Assembly: GCA_020057295.1 (NCBI GenBank)
Contig: JAGVGF010000004.1
Span: 32,001 to 96,000 of the forward strand
Length of the DNA stretch: 64,000 nucleotides
Direction: 5' to 3'
Source of the DNA: an archaeon
GTDB taxonomy: Archaea > Nanobdellota > Nanobdellia > Woesearchaeales > UBA9642
Positions 10,090 to 20,303 of the stretch are shown here, one piece after another. The first letter of the stretch is position 1, and every line of letters begins with the position of its first letter. The position numbers were made by a program, and so were the translations under genes. The notes beneath the pieces were generated by a model, which saw only the letters and a program-made list of their open reading frames with translations, searched no databases and was not told where the DNA came from.

Positions 10090-11163
10090 TCAAGTCTTGA
10101 ATACATATTTTCTATTAATAAAATATCCTAGCATATAAAAGAATGCTATTACTCCAATTATAACTAAAAGATAATAATCTACACCTATAATCTCTGTAAG
10201 TCTTTTAACAACGTATGCTTGCAAAAAACTCATCAATATAGCATATCCAAAAAATAGTAACAGTTTTCTTAACATAAAATCTTTATTGTTAAATGTATAT
10301 ATGGTATGCATTGCGAATTGTGTTAATAATCCGACTGATAGTCCTATGATATATGCATAAAAATATTGCGGTCTTCCAAAGACTAATTCTGTAAGTGTAA
10401 ATGTTAATAACAAATTAACCAAAACTCCTATTATTGAAGATATGGAAAATTTAATGAAAGTCTTTACTCTCCAAAATCCTATGATTATAAGTAGTTTTGA
10501 ATGATTGATTATCTCCCGGAAATTATTTATTTTTGACACTCCTTTTTTTCTTATCCCTAGTGTTACAGGCACTTCTAGTATGTTTTTATTATTCTTAATC
10601 AGATTGAATAATATTTCGGCGTTAACATTAAAATCTTTAGATTCAATATGCATATTTTTAACAACACTTGTTTTATATAATCTAAACATAGGACTTACTG
10701 AAGTAATTTTTTTTCCAAGTACTAAATTATATAATGTATTAACTCCTTTACTTAATATCTTTCTGTATAAAGGAATATTCTTAGATAATTGTCCAAGCTG
10801 ATACGATCCTATGACGCAATCTGCACGAGTTTCTATGTATTTATTTACTAAATCCTTAATATACTTTGGATGAAATGTCATGTCAGCATCTAATGTGATT
10901 ATAACATCACCCGTACAAGATTTTATGCCTGTTTTTATTGCTGATCCTAATCCTAGATTCTTTTTATGTCTGACGATTTTAATCTTAGAATCTGTCTTAG
11001 AATTTTTTAATTTTAATAATTCGTTATATGTATTATCAATAGATCCATCATCAACAAATAATACTTCATAATCATAATCTTTGATATAAGGAAATAATTC
11101 TTTACGAAAATCCTTAACATTTCCCTCTTCATTAAAACAAGGGATAACTATTGATATCTTCAT
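10090..11163 (-). CDS. GT2 polyprenol-phosphate glycosyltransferase fused to GtrA flippase-like domain
   Basis: ISIVIPCFNEE, VDDGSID, TLDADMTF; C-terminal 4-TM FIKF...N/YTF...NRKYVF. Confidence 0.9.
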   Translation of the reverse strand: MKISIVIPCFNEEGNVKDFRKELFPYIKDYDYEVLFVDDGSIDNTYNELLKLKNSKTDSKIKIVRHKKNLGLGSAIKTGIKSCTGDVIITLDADMTFHPKYIKDLVNKYIETRADCVIGSYQLGQLSKNIPLYRKILSKGVNTLYNLVLGKKITSVSPMFRLYKTSVVKNMHIESKDFNVNAEILFNLIKNNKNILEVPVTLGIRKKGVSKINNFREIINHSKLLIIIGFWRVKTFIKFSISSIIGVLVNLLLTFTLTELVFGRPQYFYAYIIGLSVGLLTQFAMHTIYTFNNKDFMLRKLLLFFGYAILMSFLQAYVVKRLTEIIGVDYYLLVIIGVIAFFYMLGYFINRKYVFKT

Positions 11164-11280
11164 AATGATGTAACTCGATTATACATTATAAATGTTGTTA
11201 GCATATACTTTTTTAGCTAACTAATTGTAAAGTATTACAAAATACATATAATATATAAATAAGTTCAAATGTGTCCTATT

Positions 11281-11568
11281 ATGAGAGTACAATACAAACA
11301 AAAATGCATTAAGTGCAAGAAAAATTATGTTCTAGCAACATCAAGATCATCATACGTCGTATGTTACGATTGTCAGAAGAGTTCATTAATCGGAGAAATA
11401 ACCGATCCCTTTTATAAAAAATTATTTGATATACCCGAAGAATATTATAAAGAAAACTCTTTCTTAAGAAATATTAAAGTCAACTATCTAAAATATCATA
11501 ATTTAACCGATGCACAGATAGTAGCATTCGAAAAAGTAGTACAACAGATAAAAGAAAATAAAGAATAA
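11281..11568 (+). CDS. Small CxxC-CxxC zinc-ribbon hypothetical protein
   Basis: CIKC...CYDC; ATG ~30 nt after the TATATAAA box (probably leaderless). Confidence 0.7.
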   Translation: MRVQYKQKCIKCKKNYVLATSRSSYVVCYDCQKSSLIGEITDPFYKKLFDIPEEYYKENSFLRNIKVNYLKYHNLTDAQIVAFEKVVQQIKENKE

Positions 11569-11648
11569 TCCTTCTATTCTAAGATTTTTTTTATTTAATT
11601 ATTATAATTTTTAAATAACTTTTTAAATAAATTAATATTCACTTCGTA

Positions 11649-12143
11649 ATGGAAACTAAAAACATTTTCTCAATAAACACGAATTGGAACTATAAGAATA
11701 TAGTTTTTTTTACATTTATTATATTATTGCCTAATTTGCTTAGCGTTTTTAATATACCCACATCTTATGGTTTTAATATTCATTTTTTTCAACTAGCAAT
11801 AATACTTGCAGCAATTCTTTATGGACCGACAGGCGGTATGATTTCAGGTTTAGTAGGTTCAATATATTCTGCTGTTATGATGAATAATCCTTATTTAATA
11901 GTTGGTAATATTATTTTAGGATTATGTGTAGGATTATTTGTTCGATACAAATGGAATACTATTGCGGCTGTACTAACGGCATTTGCTATAGAATTACCTT
12001 GGCTTATTGGAACAGATTATTATTTGATGCATATGCCTATAATGATTATCATGACATTAATCGGCGCATTGTTCTTGTCAAATCTAATATGGGCGGTTGT
12101 TGCGCATTATAGCTCAAAACCTTTGAAAAATCTATTGAAATAA
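11649..12143 (+). CDS. ECF transporter S-component
   Basis: Small hydrophobic protein, LAAILYGPTGGMISGLVG signature. Confidence 0.8.
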   Translation: METKNIFSINTNWNYKNIVFFTFIILLPNLLSVFNIPTSYGFNIHFFQLAIILAAILYGPTGGMISGLVGSIYSAVMMNNPYLIVGNIILGLCVGLFVRYKWNTIAAVLTAFAIELPWLIGTDYYLMHMPIMIIMTLIGALFLSNLIWAVVAHYSSKPLKNLLK

Positions 12144-12158
12144 TTTTTTGATTTTAAT

Positions 12159-12596
12159 ATGTCAGACTCTATAAATTCAAATGTCGCTATTTCTGGTATA
12201 TTAGAAGATTATTCTCTGAAGCTAATTAGTAATAACAATATCATTTATATTTCTAAAAATCCTGGTATTAAACCTTTATTTTTCTGCGTTACAGAACAAA
12301 AATCAAACTTTAAATCTAAAGAATGTGTTCTTTATGATAAAGTAATAGGGCTCGCTGCAGCAAGATTAATCGTTTACTCGAACATAATCAAATCAGTACA
12401 TACACCTACTGCTTCAGTTAAAGCAATAGAATTATTGAAACAGAACGGAATTGAAATTATTGCAACAACAGTTGTTGATATTATTCTAAACAAAGACAAA
12501 TCTGCTCAGTGTCCAATGGAAGAGCGTGCATTAAAATCTCTAAACAATGAAGAATTTTATAATCAATTAAAACACTTGTTTACGTCTTTACGTTAA
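12159..12596 (+). CDS. DUF1893 (TM1506-like) protein
   Basis: GIKPL, DKVIGLAAA, S..AIELL, ILNKDKSAQCPME. Confidence 0.85.
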   Translation: MSDSINSNVAISGILEDYSLKLISNNNIIYISKNPGIKPLFFCVTEQKSNFKSKECVLYDKVIGLAAARLIVYSNIIKSVHTPTASVKAIELLKQNGIEIIATTVVDIILNKDKSAQCPMEERALKSLNNEEFYNQLKHLFTSLR

Positions 12597-13189
12597 TTAG
12601 CTTTCACAAATATTTCTTTCAACATTTTCAGTACTCTTGATGGTTCTTTAATGAGAAAAGCGTTCATGCCTAACCTTTTTGCATAATCAATATTTGTTTC
12701 AGAATCATCAAAATATAATATCTCTTTATTTTCTATATCTGTAATTTCAGACACTATACTTAATAGCTCTGGTTTAAGCATTCTATGTTCATAAGAACAT
12801 ATTTTATAATCAAATTCTTTTAAAAAATCAAATCTTTCATCAAGTACTCGAATTCTATCCGGAAAATTATTTGTGCAGATGACCTTTTTAATATTATTTT
12901 GATTGAGTATTTTCATGATTTCTTTCTTTTTACCATTGAGTTCATATCCTTCCTGTAAGATTTCCAATAGTTCTTGTCTGTTCTTTTTTAATTTCCATTC
13001 TTTAATAGCATAATTCCAGAATGTTTCTCCATCGATAAAACCTTGTTTATATTGTTTCATCATATCAGATTTAATATATACCTCGATGATTTTTTTTTCA
13101 GAAACACCTAACTTAGAAATATTACTAATAAAATTATCTCTTCCATTCATGAAATATACTCCGTCAAGGTCTAGGATTATAGCTTTCAT
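12593..13189 (-). CDS. HAD-superfamily hydrolase
   Basis: DLDGV motif I, CTN, KP, FDDS..N...AKRLGM. Confidence 0.9.
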   Translation of the reverse strand: MKAIILDLDGVYFMNGRDNFISNISKLGVSEKKIIEVYIKSDMMKQYKQGFIDGETFWNYAIKEWKLKKNRQELLEILQEGYELNGKKKEIMKILNQNNIKKVICTNNFPDRIRVLDERFDFLKEFDYKICSYEHRMLKPELLSIVSEITDIENKEILYFDDSETNIDYAKRLGMNAFLIKEPSRVLKMLKEIFVKAN

Positions 13190-13205
13190 TTTTTATTATA
13201 GAAAC

Positions 13206-13280
13206 TAGCGGGGGTTGGATTTGAACCAACGACCTCAGGGTTATGAGCCCTGCGAGCACTCCTGTCTGCTCTACCCCGCT
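13206..13280 (-). tRNA. tRNA-Met(CAT), initiator
   Basis: AGCGGGG acceptor with A1:U72, anticodon stem CAGGG/CCCTG with three G-C pairs, TTCAAAT T-loop. Confidence 0.95.
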
Positions 13281-13465
13281 ACAGTAGAGCAGAACAAGGA
13301 TTTATTTAAAAAGCTTGTCATATGTTTTTTATTCGCTGAAAGATATTTTTGTGTGAATTGTTATATATTAACATTGTTTATTATTGTGCCTGATATGGTA
13401 ACAGAAAGATTTATAATATATTAATTGTTATCCCTTGAAAATAGAGATTTTATGCGGGTGATTGC

Positions 13466-14935
13466 ATGACAAGTTATAATTGTGGTAATACTAAACTTCA
13501 AGAATTATCTTTACTCGACCTAAAAAAATGTGACACTGTTAATGACATTGTTACAGGAATGGGTAAATGTTCTTTTGGTGCAAGATGTGCTGGAGAAGTT
13601 ACAGATACTTTACATCATATTATTGATCGTGATGCTGAACGTGTTATAGTTTATGATGGCTCGAGAGATTCTACTTTGGGGAAGTATGTTCAGGATTTTT
13701 CTAAAAAATTTGGTTTTAAACTTATGACAGCAACTGGTTATTCTAATGTTACAAAAAAGCGTCCACAAAATCTTTTTGTTATTGGAAGATTTTCAGAAAG
13801 ACACGAAGCTAAAATTCATGAAGGTGGCGAGTTCAATACTATTTTTATAAATAAAGAAGAACTTTCTGCTCCCGGTCAAACACGCGACGGATATTTTCCT
13901 AATGTTTTATTTGTTGACCCAACTTATGGTGTTCCATTAATTTCTACAGCGCTTGACGAACGTTTAAATGGCAAGAAAACATCAGTATCAGAATTTGTAA
14001 CTCAATTAGGAACTTTCGATTATGGACTTGCAAATGAAGTATCTGGTGGAGCAAAAAATTTTAGTCGTATTGCAAACGATCCAAAATATACAATTTTTAT
14101 GACGATGAGTGGCGCTATGACTATTGCACAGATGAGTTATGTACTTTGTGATATGATTGATAATTCTTTAGTAAATTCTTTAACAACAACTGGCGCTGCA
14201 ATGGCGCATGGTCTTGTTGAAAGTATGGGATACAAACATTACAAACACGATCCAAAAATTCCAGATAGCGTTCTTACAAGAAGAAAACTGAATAGAGTAA
14301 CTGATACTCTAGAGCCTGAAGAAAATTTTGATCACATTGATGAAATTGTCCATTCAGTTCTTTCAGGATTTTCCGGATCAAGTTCAATTACTCCAAGTAC
14401 ATTTCATGCACGAATAGGCAAATATTTACATGATAATTTCCCTGGCGAGAGAGGGATTTTGAAATCTGCATTTGAGAAAAATATTCCAGTATTTGTTCCA
14501 GCATTCTTTGATTCAGAAATTGGAAACGATATAACTACATATAATATTATTAAATCATCAAGACATCAAAGAAAATTAAGATTCGATCTTGAGGCAGAAA
14601 ATCATAAACTTGTAGATATGGTACAACGAGCAGAAAGAACAGGATTATTCACAGTTGGTGGCGGCGTTCCAAGAAATTGGACGCAAAATGTTGCACCATT
14701 AATAGAGATTATTAATGGACGAACAAGTAAAGGACTTGCCGAACGTAAATTCTCTTCAGGTATTAGAATTGATCCTGCATCAATGGCACTCGGACATTTA
14801 TCTGGATGTACATATGGAGAAGGAATGACATGGAGAAAAATGGATCCTAAAGGATTATTTATAGAAATTCATGGTGATGCAACAACTATTTGGCCTATTG
14901 TTGTAAAATATGCTCTTGAAAGAAAAGCTGCCTAA
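13466..14935 (+). CDS. Deoxyhypusine synthase-family protein with extra N-terminal degenerate domain
   Basis: MSGAMT, TTGA..HGL, NRVTD, PAFFDSEIG, GGGVPRNW, LSGCT..E..W.K (catalytic Lys), DAT..WP. Confidence 0.88.
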   Translation: MTSYNCGNTKLQELSLLDLKKCDTVNDIVTGMGKCSFGARCAGEVTDTLHHIIDRDAERVIVYDGSRDSTLGKYVQDFSKKFGFKLMTATGYSNVTKKRPQNLFVIGRFSERHEAKIHEGGEFNTIFINKEELSAPGQTRDGYFPNVLFVDPTYGVPLISTALDERLNGKKTSVSEFVTQLGTFDYGLANEVSGGAKNFSRIANDPKYTIFMTMSGAMTIAQMSYVLCDMIDNSLVNSLTTTGAAMAHGLVESMGYKHYKHDPKIPDSVLTRRKLNRVTDTLEPEENFDHIDEIVHSVLSGFSGSSSITPSTFHARIGKYLHDNFPGERGILKSAFEKNIPVFVPAFFDSEIGNDITTYNIIKSSRHQRKLRFDLEAENHKLVDMVQRAERTGLFTVGGGVPRNWTQNVAPLIEIINGRTSKGLAERKFSSGIRIDPASMALGHLSGCTYGEGMTWRKMDPKGLFIEIHGDATTIWPIVVKYALERKAA

Positions 14936-14981
14936 ATAGTATTTTTTATTACATTAGAATCGATTGTATCTTATTAAATTT

Positions 14982-15275
14982 TTAGAACGATATATATTTG
15001 AATAATTTTCCTTTTAGCTGTTCGTATTTCTCGTTTTTCCTGAGTATTAGATGAATTTTTTCTTTTCCATATACCACAAGCAATTTTTCTCTATCTTTTG
15101 TCTCTAAATTCCATGCACTTTCATAAAATTTCTCTTTATTCATCAACACTTCTTTGTCTTGATCTTCTAGATTTAGAGATTTAAGAAAAGAGATCATTTT
15201 ATCAAAATCTTTGAGAGTTATAGAAACTATTAATTCTTCATCAGTGTTTACTGTGTGCATTTTAATCATATCCAT
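14982..15275 (-). CDS. Hypothetical protein downstream of tRNA-Ser
   Basis: ORF trimmed to an ATG outside the tRNA. Confidence 0.6.
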   Translation of the reverse strand: MDMIKMHTVNTDEELIVSITLKDFDKMISFLKSLNLEDQDKEVLMNKEKFYESAWNLETKDREKLLVVYGKEKIHLILRKNEKYEQLKGKLFKYISF

Positions 15276-15294
15276 ACTACACATATAATATAAA

Positions 15295-15420
15295 CGCCGC
15301 GGGTGGGATTTGAACCCACAAATCCTTTCGGACACTGAATCAATGCGCGTAATGCGTGGTAATCATAAGCACGCATAGTGCTTAGCAATCCAGCGCAGTA
15401 CCAGGTTGTGCCACCGCGGC
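15295..15420 (-). tRNA. tRNA-Ser(GCT) with 42-nt intron at 37/38 (15341-15382)
   Basis: GCCGCGG/CCGCGGC acceptor, G73, long variable arm GTCCGAAAGGAT, anticodon stem CTGGA/TTCAG split by the intron. Confidence 0.92.
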
Positions 15421-15533
15421 ATGGTCAACCTCAAGTTGAAGAACAGGATGATGTTTTATAAAGTTTATTGCTTCCATATATCTTCTCTATATTTTTTCTA
15501 AAAATATATAAATGGAACACTCTTCGGTTCATC

Positions 15534-17561
15534 ATGAGGGTTAAAACTTGTTCTATTATTATATTGTTAGTCATTATATTTCTAGTTCCTTTAGTACATG
15601 CTCAAAGTTATGATGATAAAAGCACATTGAATACCGTAGTAACTATTAGTAATACTTTCGATGTTTTACCAACATCTAATGATTATAATATTCGTTCTAT
15701 CAATGCTTCTGTCAGCGCATATCCTAAAAATGATACAAGGCAAATTGTTAGTCAAATACTTACCAATCCACAAGCAATGATTGCTGATAATGCTATAACA
15801 TTTTTTTATGATAATCCCTTAAGTCAACATTATACTATTCAGATAAAATCTGATGTTAATACCAGAAATATTTTTGACGAAGTAAAAGTTCCTGTTAAGT
15901 TTCCAATAACTGCTCTTGATGGTTCATTTTATAAGTATACTCAAGCAACACCAATAATTGATGTTACTCCAGAAATAAGAGATTTGGCTTCAGAATTGGT
16001 CGGTGATAATAAAGATATTTACGAAATCGAGTATGTATTTGCTGAATATGTCAGAAAAAATGTTAATTATGACTTAGGATCATTAACAAGCAATGCTGAC
16101 CAAAAATCTTCTTGGGTTCTACAAAATAAGAGGGGAGTTTGTGACGAGATTACTAATTTATTTATCTCATTGAATAGAGCTGCAGGAATTCCTGCAAGAT
16201 TTGTATCAGGAGTTGCTTATACTAATCTAAATGATATATTTGGTAAAAATTGGGTTTCACACGCTTGGGCGGAAGTATATTTCCCAGGATATGGATGGGT
16301 GCCTTATGATGTTACTTATGGACAGTATGGTTTTATTGATGCAGGACACATAAAATTACTCGATTCTGTAGAGTCATCAAGTTCAAACATTAATTATAAT
16401 TATTATGGTAGAAATATACAGTTAAAGCCTGGAAGTATGGATATAGATGTGAATATCTTAGATTTCGGAGAAAATGTTAAAAGTAAATATTCTTTTCAAA
16501 CGACATTATTTAGTGAACAGGCAGGTTTTGGATCATATAATTTAGTTAAAGTAGAGATTAAAAATAATAAGGATTACTACATAGTTGCTGATTTATATCT
16601 TGGAGAGACCGAGAATGTTAAAATTATAGAAAATTCTGTTGAACGTGTATTAAATAAAACTTTACATCGTAAAGAAGTATTATTAAAACCTTATCAGATT
16701 AAAACAGTGTATTGGCTTGTGAAAATTGATGACTCATTAGACAAAAACTATATTTATACTTTCCCAATCACAGTGTATAATACATATAATGAAACCAGTA
16801 CAGCAAATTTAGACTCTAGAAAAGATTATGTGCTTTTAGATGCAGACTACTTAAATAAATTACTTGCATCACAAGATGCGGAATCAAGAAAGCCATATTC
16901 TAGATATATAACTGTACAATGTATTCCAGAAGTAAGTAATATGTATTTAGAAGACACAGTAACTGTAGGCTGTGTGATAGATAATAAAGGGGATAAATCT
17001 TTTAGTTCAATAAATATTTGTGTAGATGGTAATTGTACTACACAAAATTTAGCTATTCAAAGATTATCTACAACATTTACGAAAAAATTTTCTGATGTTG
17101 GATTAAAAAATATCGAAGTGAAAGTTTACAATGATGATTTTATAAAAGTAAGCTACGTTCCTATAAACGTTCAGGATAAACCTAAAATATTAATCAGCGA
17201 TGTAAAGATGCCTGAAAGTGTATTATATAATGAACAATTTGATATAGTTTTTAAGATTAGTAAAGAATCATCATCCACTCCAAAAAATTTAAGATTGTCA
17301 TTAATAGGACCGGTAAGCAAGGTTGAATGGTTGTTTGAAGGATTTGATACACAAAAAATCTTTAGCATAAAATCTTCCGGCAGCGCGATGAGTCCAGGAA
17401 CAAACAATTATAAGATTGTAGTACAATATAAAGATGATAAAGGTAATGATTATATCGAAGAATATCCCTTCCAGATAGAGTCTGATGCGGGATTTTTCGA
17501 AAATATATTATTATATTTTAACGTTATAGGACACTCTATTGAGAAAGTGTTTATTGAGTAG
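15534..17561 (+). CDS. Secreted transglutaminase-like domain protein with Ig-like/CARDB-like domains
   Basis: Signal peptide; catalytic triad GVCDE / HAWAEVY / WVPYD; beta-rich C-terminus. Confidence 0.88.
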   Translation: MRVKTCSIIILLVIIFLVPLVHAQSYDDKSTLNTVVTISNTFDVLPTSNDYNIRSINASVSAYPKNDTRQIVSQILTNPQAMIADNAITFFYDNPLSQHYTIQIKSDVNTRNIFDEVKVPVKFPITALDGSFYKYTQATPIIDVTPEIRDLASELVGDNKDIYEIEYVFAEYVRKNVNYDLGSLTSNADQKSSWVLQNKRGVCDEITNLFISLNRAAGIPARFVSGVAYTNLNDIFGKNWVSHAWAEVYFPGYGWVPYDVTYGQYGFIDAGHIKLLDSVESSSSNINYNYYGRNIQLKPGSMDIDVNILDFGENVKSKYSFQTTLFSEQAGFGSYNLVKVEIKNNKDYYIVADLYLGETENVKIIENSVERVLNKTLHRKEVLLKPYQIKTVYWLVKIDDSLDKNYIYTFPITVYNTYNETSTANLDSRKDYVLLDADYLNKLLASQDAESRKPYSRYITVQCIPEVSNMYLEDTVTVGCVIDNKGDKSFSSINICVDGNCTTQNLAIQRLSTTFTKKFSDVGLKNIEVKVYNDDFIKVSYVPINVQDKPKILISDVKMPESVLYNEQFDIVFKISKESSSTPKNLRLSLIGPVSKVEWLFEGFDTQKIFSIKSSGSAMSPGTNNYKIVVQYKDDKGNDYIEEYPFQIESDAGFFENILLYFNVIGHSIEKVFIE

Positions 17562-17634
17562 TTTTATTAAACATTTTATTAAGTAAATTTTTAAACTAAT
17601 AAGCAACTTTATTAGATAATTATAAGGTGATTAA

Positions 17635-19470
17635 ATGACTGATAGAATAGTTCCAGATACAAGTGTACTCATTGAAGGCATACTTTCTAAAAAGATTACT
17701 AATGATGAAATACTTCCTAAAGAGATAATAATACATGAAGCATCATTGTCTGAATTAGAAGCACAGGCAAATACTGGCCGTGAAATAGGGTATATGGGAT
17801 TAGATGAGATAAAGAAATTACTAGCATTATCTAAAGAAAGAAAATTCACAATAAAATTTTCTGGCGAAAAACCTTCAGAAGATGAAATATCTAGAGCAAG
17901 AAAAGGCGGAATAGATTCTCTGATAAGAAATCTTGCCTATGAATTAAAAGCTACACTTGTTACAGTTGATAAAGTCCAAGCATTAACCGCTGAAGCTAAA
18001 GGCATCGATGTTATACTAATAAAAGTGGATGTTTCTCCTAAACCTCTAATCTTAGAAAAATATTTTGATTCTACAACAATGAGTGTTCACTTGAAAGAAA
18101 ATTGCAAGCCTAAAGCTAAAAAAGGTGTTCCTGGTAAATGGGAGTATGTGGAAATTTCACAAGATGTTATTGATAAAGATACTATGAAAGTTATAGCTAA
18201 AGATATTATCGAAGAAGTTAATATGCGTAATGATGCATTTATAGAAGTTGAAAGAAAATATTCTACGATTGTACAATTAGGAAAATTTAGGATAGTTATT
18301 GTTAGACCTCCTTTCGCTGATGGTTATGAAATTACTGTTGTAAGGCCCGTTAAAAAATTAAATTTCTCAGATTATCCTATGAGCGAAAAATTACGTGAAA
18401 GAATAGAAGCACATGCTGAAGGAGTATTAGTTGCAGGAGCGCCAGGACATGGTAAGAGTACGTTTGCACAAGCACTTGGAGAATTTTATTCGTCAAAAAA
18501 TAAAGTTGTAAAAACTATTGAAGCACCGAGGGATTTAGTTTTAACTGATGATGTTACACAATATGCAATAACTTATGGTACATCGCAAGAAATTCATGAT
18601 ATATTATTATTATCTAGACCAGATTATACTTTGTTTGACGAAATGAGAAATACGGATGATTTCGCACTATTTTCAGATTTAAGACTTTCTGGTGTAGGAA
18701 TGATTGGTATATTACACGCAACTAACCCTATTGATGCAATACAACGATTTATTGGACGTATAGAATTAGGAGTTATTCCTCATGTAATGGATACTGTAAT
18801 ATTTATCAAGAATGGTACTATAGAAAAAGTGTTCGCTGTAAGTTTAGAAGTAAAAGTTCCTAGTGGAATGATGGAAGCAGATTTAGCAAGACCTATAGTT
18901 GTAGTGAATGATTTTGAGACTGGAAAATTAGAATTCGAAATATATAGTTATGGTGAAGAAACTATTGTTGTTCCAGTACAAGTGCAAAGTGTAAGTCCTG
19001 CTGCAGAACTTGCTGCACGTGTCGTTAAAGAAGAGTTTTTGAAATATTCTGATTTCGTACGTGTAGATATGGTTAGTAATAATAAGGCAGTAGTATTTGT
19101 TCCAGAATCAAGAAAGGCAATGATTATCGGAAAGCAAGGAGCGAATATTGAACAGATAGAAAAACGTTTAGGATTAAGTATTGATGTTCGAGAACTTACT
19201 GAAAAAACATCGTCTGGCAGAGATAAGATATCAGCTGGTAGTAGAGACAGAACAGTATATTATCAGGTAAAATTTGATAAGAAAAATATTACTTTTATAT
19301 TGACTAATGAATCTGCAGATAAAGAAACGGATATATATGTTAATGATGAATTTGTACTAACTGTAAAAAGTGGAAAGAATGCTGTCATAAAGATAAATAA
19401 ACAGAGTAGTCAGGGTAGGACTATTGCAAATGCATTAAATGAACAGGAAAAAGTAGAATTAAGGCAGTAA
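17635..19470 (+). CDS. PINA-type ATPase (PIN + VirB11-like ATPase + KH)
   Basis: VPDTSVLI PIN, GAPGHGKST Walker A, FDEMR, IIGKQG KH GxxG. Confidence 0.92.
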   Translation: MTDRIVPDTSVLIEGILSKKITNDEILPKEIIIHEASLSELEAQANTGREIGYMGLDEIKKLLALSKERKFTIKFSGEKPSEDEISRARKGGIDSLIRNLAYELKATLVTVDKVQALTAEAKGIDVILIKVDVSPKPLILEKYFDSTTMSVHLKENCKPKAKKGVPGKWEYVEISQDVIDKDTMKVIAKDIIEEVNMRNDAFIEVERKYSTIVQLGKFRIVIVRPPFADGYEITVVRPVKKLNFSDYPMSEKLRERIEAHAEGVLVAGAPGHGKSTFAQALGEFYSSKNKVVKTIEAPRDLVLTDDVTQYAITYGTSQEIHDILLLSRPDYTLFDEMRNTDDFALFSDLRLSGVGMIGILHATNPIDAIQRFIGRIELGVIPHVMDTVIFIKNGTIEKVFAVSLEVKVPSGMMEADLARPIVVVNDFETGKLEFEIYSYGEETIVVPVQVQSVSPAAELAARVVKEEFLKYSDFVRVDMVSNNKAVVFVPESRKAMIIGKQGANIEQIEKRLGLSIDVRELTEKTSSGRDKISAGSRDRTVYYQVKFDKKNITFILTNESADKETDIYVNDEFVLTVKSGKNAVIKINKQSSQGRTIANALNEQEKVELRQ

Positions 19471-19550
19471 TCAACTAATTATATTTTAGAACAAATACAA
19501 TATAACAATTATTTTGTAATATCTTTCTTTTTAAATATATTTAGAAATAA

Positions 19551-19673
19551 TTATGATGCAGTATACATATCTATTATTATCATTATTTCTTCATCTTCGT
19601 ACACTTCATATATAGAATTATTATACTTATTAATAATGTTTTTAGTCGTTATATCTATATTTTTTATTTCCAT
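19551..19673 (-). CDS. Possible 40-aa small protein
   Basis: Manual ORF MEIKNIDITTKNIINKYNNSIYEVYEDEEIMIIIDMYTAS with a TATAAATA-like box ~30 nt upstream. Confidence 0.3.
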   Translation of the reverse strand: MEIKNIDITTKNIINKYNNSIYEVYEDEEIMIIIDMYTAS

Positions 19674-19726
19674 GAGATGTATATTTCGATCTTATTTATA
19701 TTATTTACGCAAAATTTTAAAGAATT

Positions 19727-20260
19727 TTATTTATTTAGAACTTCCCAAAGCTTTTCTGCATACTTTTGTGCAGCAGGAGGCCCGTTTGCAGTAACTATTT
19801 TTTCATCAACTGTAACATCTTCTCCAGTATATTTTGCTCCTTTATTTCCTAAATATTCTGATGTTAACATTCCAAATTCTGAATCATCTCCATCCCATAC
19901 AGTAGCATTCTTTCCATCTAGAACCCCTGACTTTGCAAGTATTGTTGGACTCCAACAAATTGCTCCGATAATTTTTCCTGCATTAAACGCCTCTTTAGAA
20001 ACTCTTACACTATCTTTATCTGATCTTAATATTATTGTTCCAGGACCGCCAACAAATGTTATTGCATCATACTCTTTGACATTCAATTCATCAATAGAAT
20101 GTTTAACATCAAATGTTGCCCTAAAACTTCCCTTAGCCAAACCTTTTCTTGTGCTATAAACATCCACAATTGCTCCTTTACTCGTAAAATACTGATACGG
20201 TGTATTAAATTCTATATCTTGAAAACCTTGTGGTGCTATAATCATTGCAATCTTTTTCAT
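19727..20260 (-). CDS. DJ-1/PfpI family protein
   Basis: GFQDIE, YDAITFVGGPG, GAICWSP nucleophile elbow, IVTANGP. Confidence 0.92.
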   Translation of the reverse strand: MKKIAMIIAPQGFQDIEFNTPYQYFTSKGAIVDVYSTRKGLAKGSFRATFDVKHSIDELNVKEYDAITFVGGPGTIILRSDKDSVRVSKEAFNAGKIIGAICWSPTILAKSGVLDGKNATVWDGDDSEFGMLTSEYLGNKGAKYTGEDVTVDEKIVTANGPPAAQKYAEKLWEVLNK

Positions 20261-20303
20261 AAATAGAATTATTATTGATGACGTTTATATTTTTTATGAA
20301 ATA

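Noticed and set aside
13215-13424. ORF overlapping tRNA-iMet; also the 5' extensions of ORFs 14982-15335 and 38449-40077
   Set aside because: They run through clear tRNA genes; better starts lie outside the tRNAs
19471-19726. Very AT-rich gap as a replication origin
   Set aside because: No ORB-like repeats or adjacent cdc6/orc1; it lies between convergent genes and may hold a small ORF
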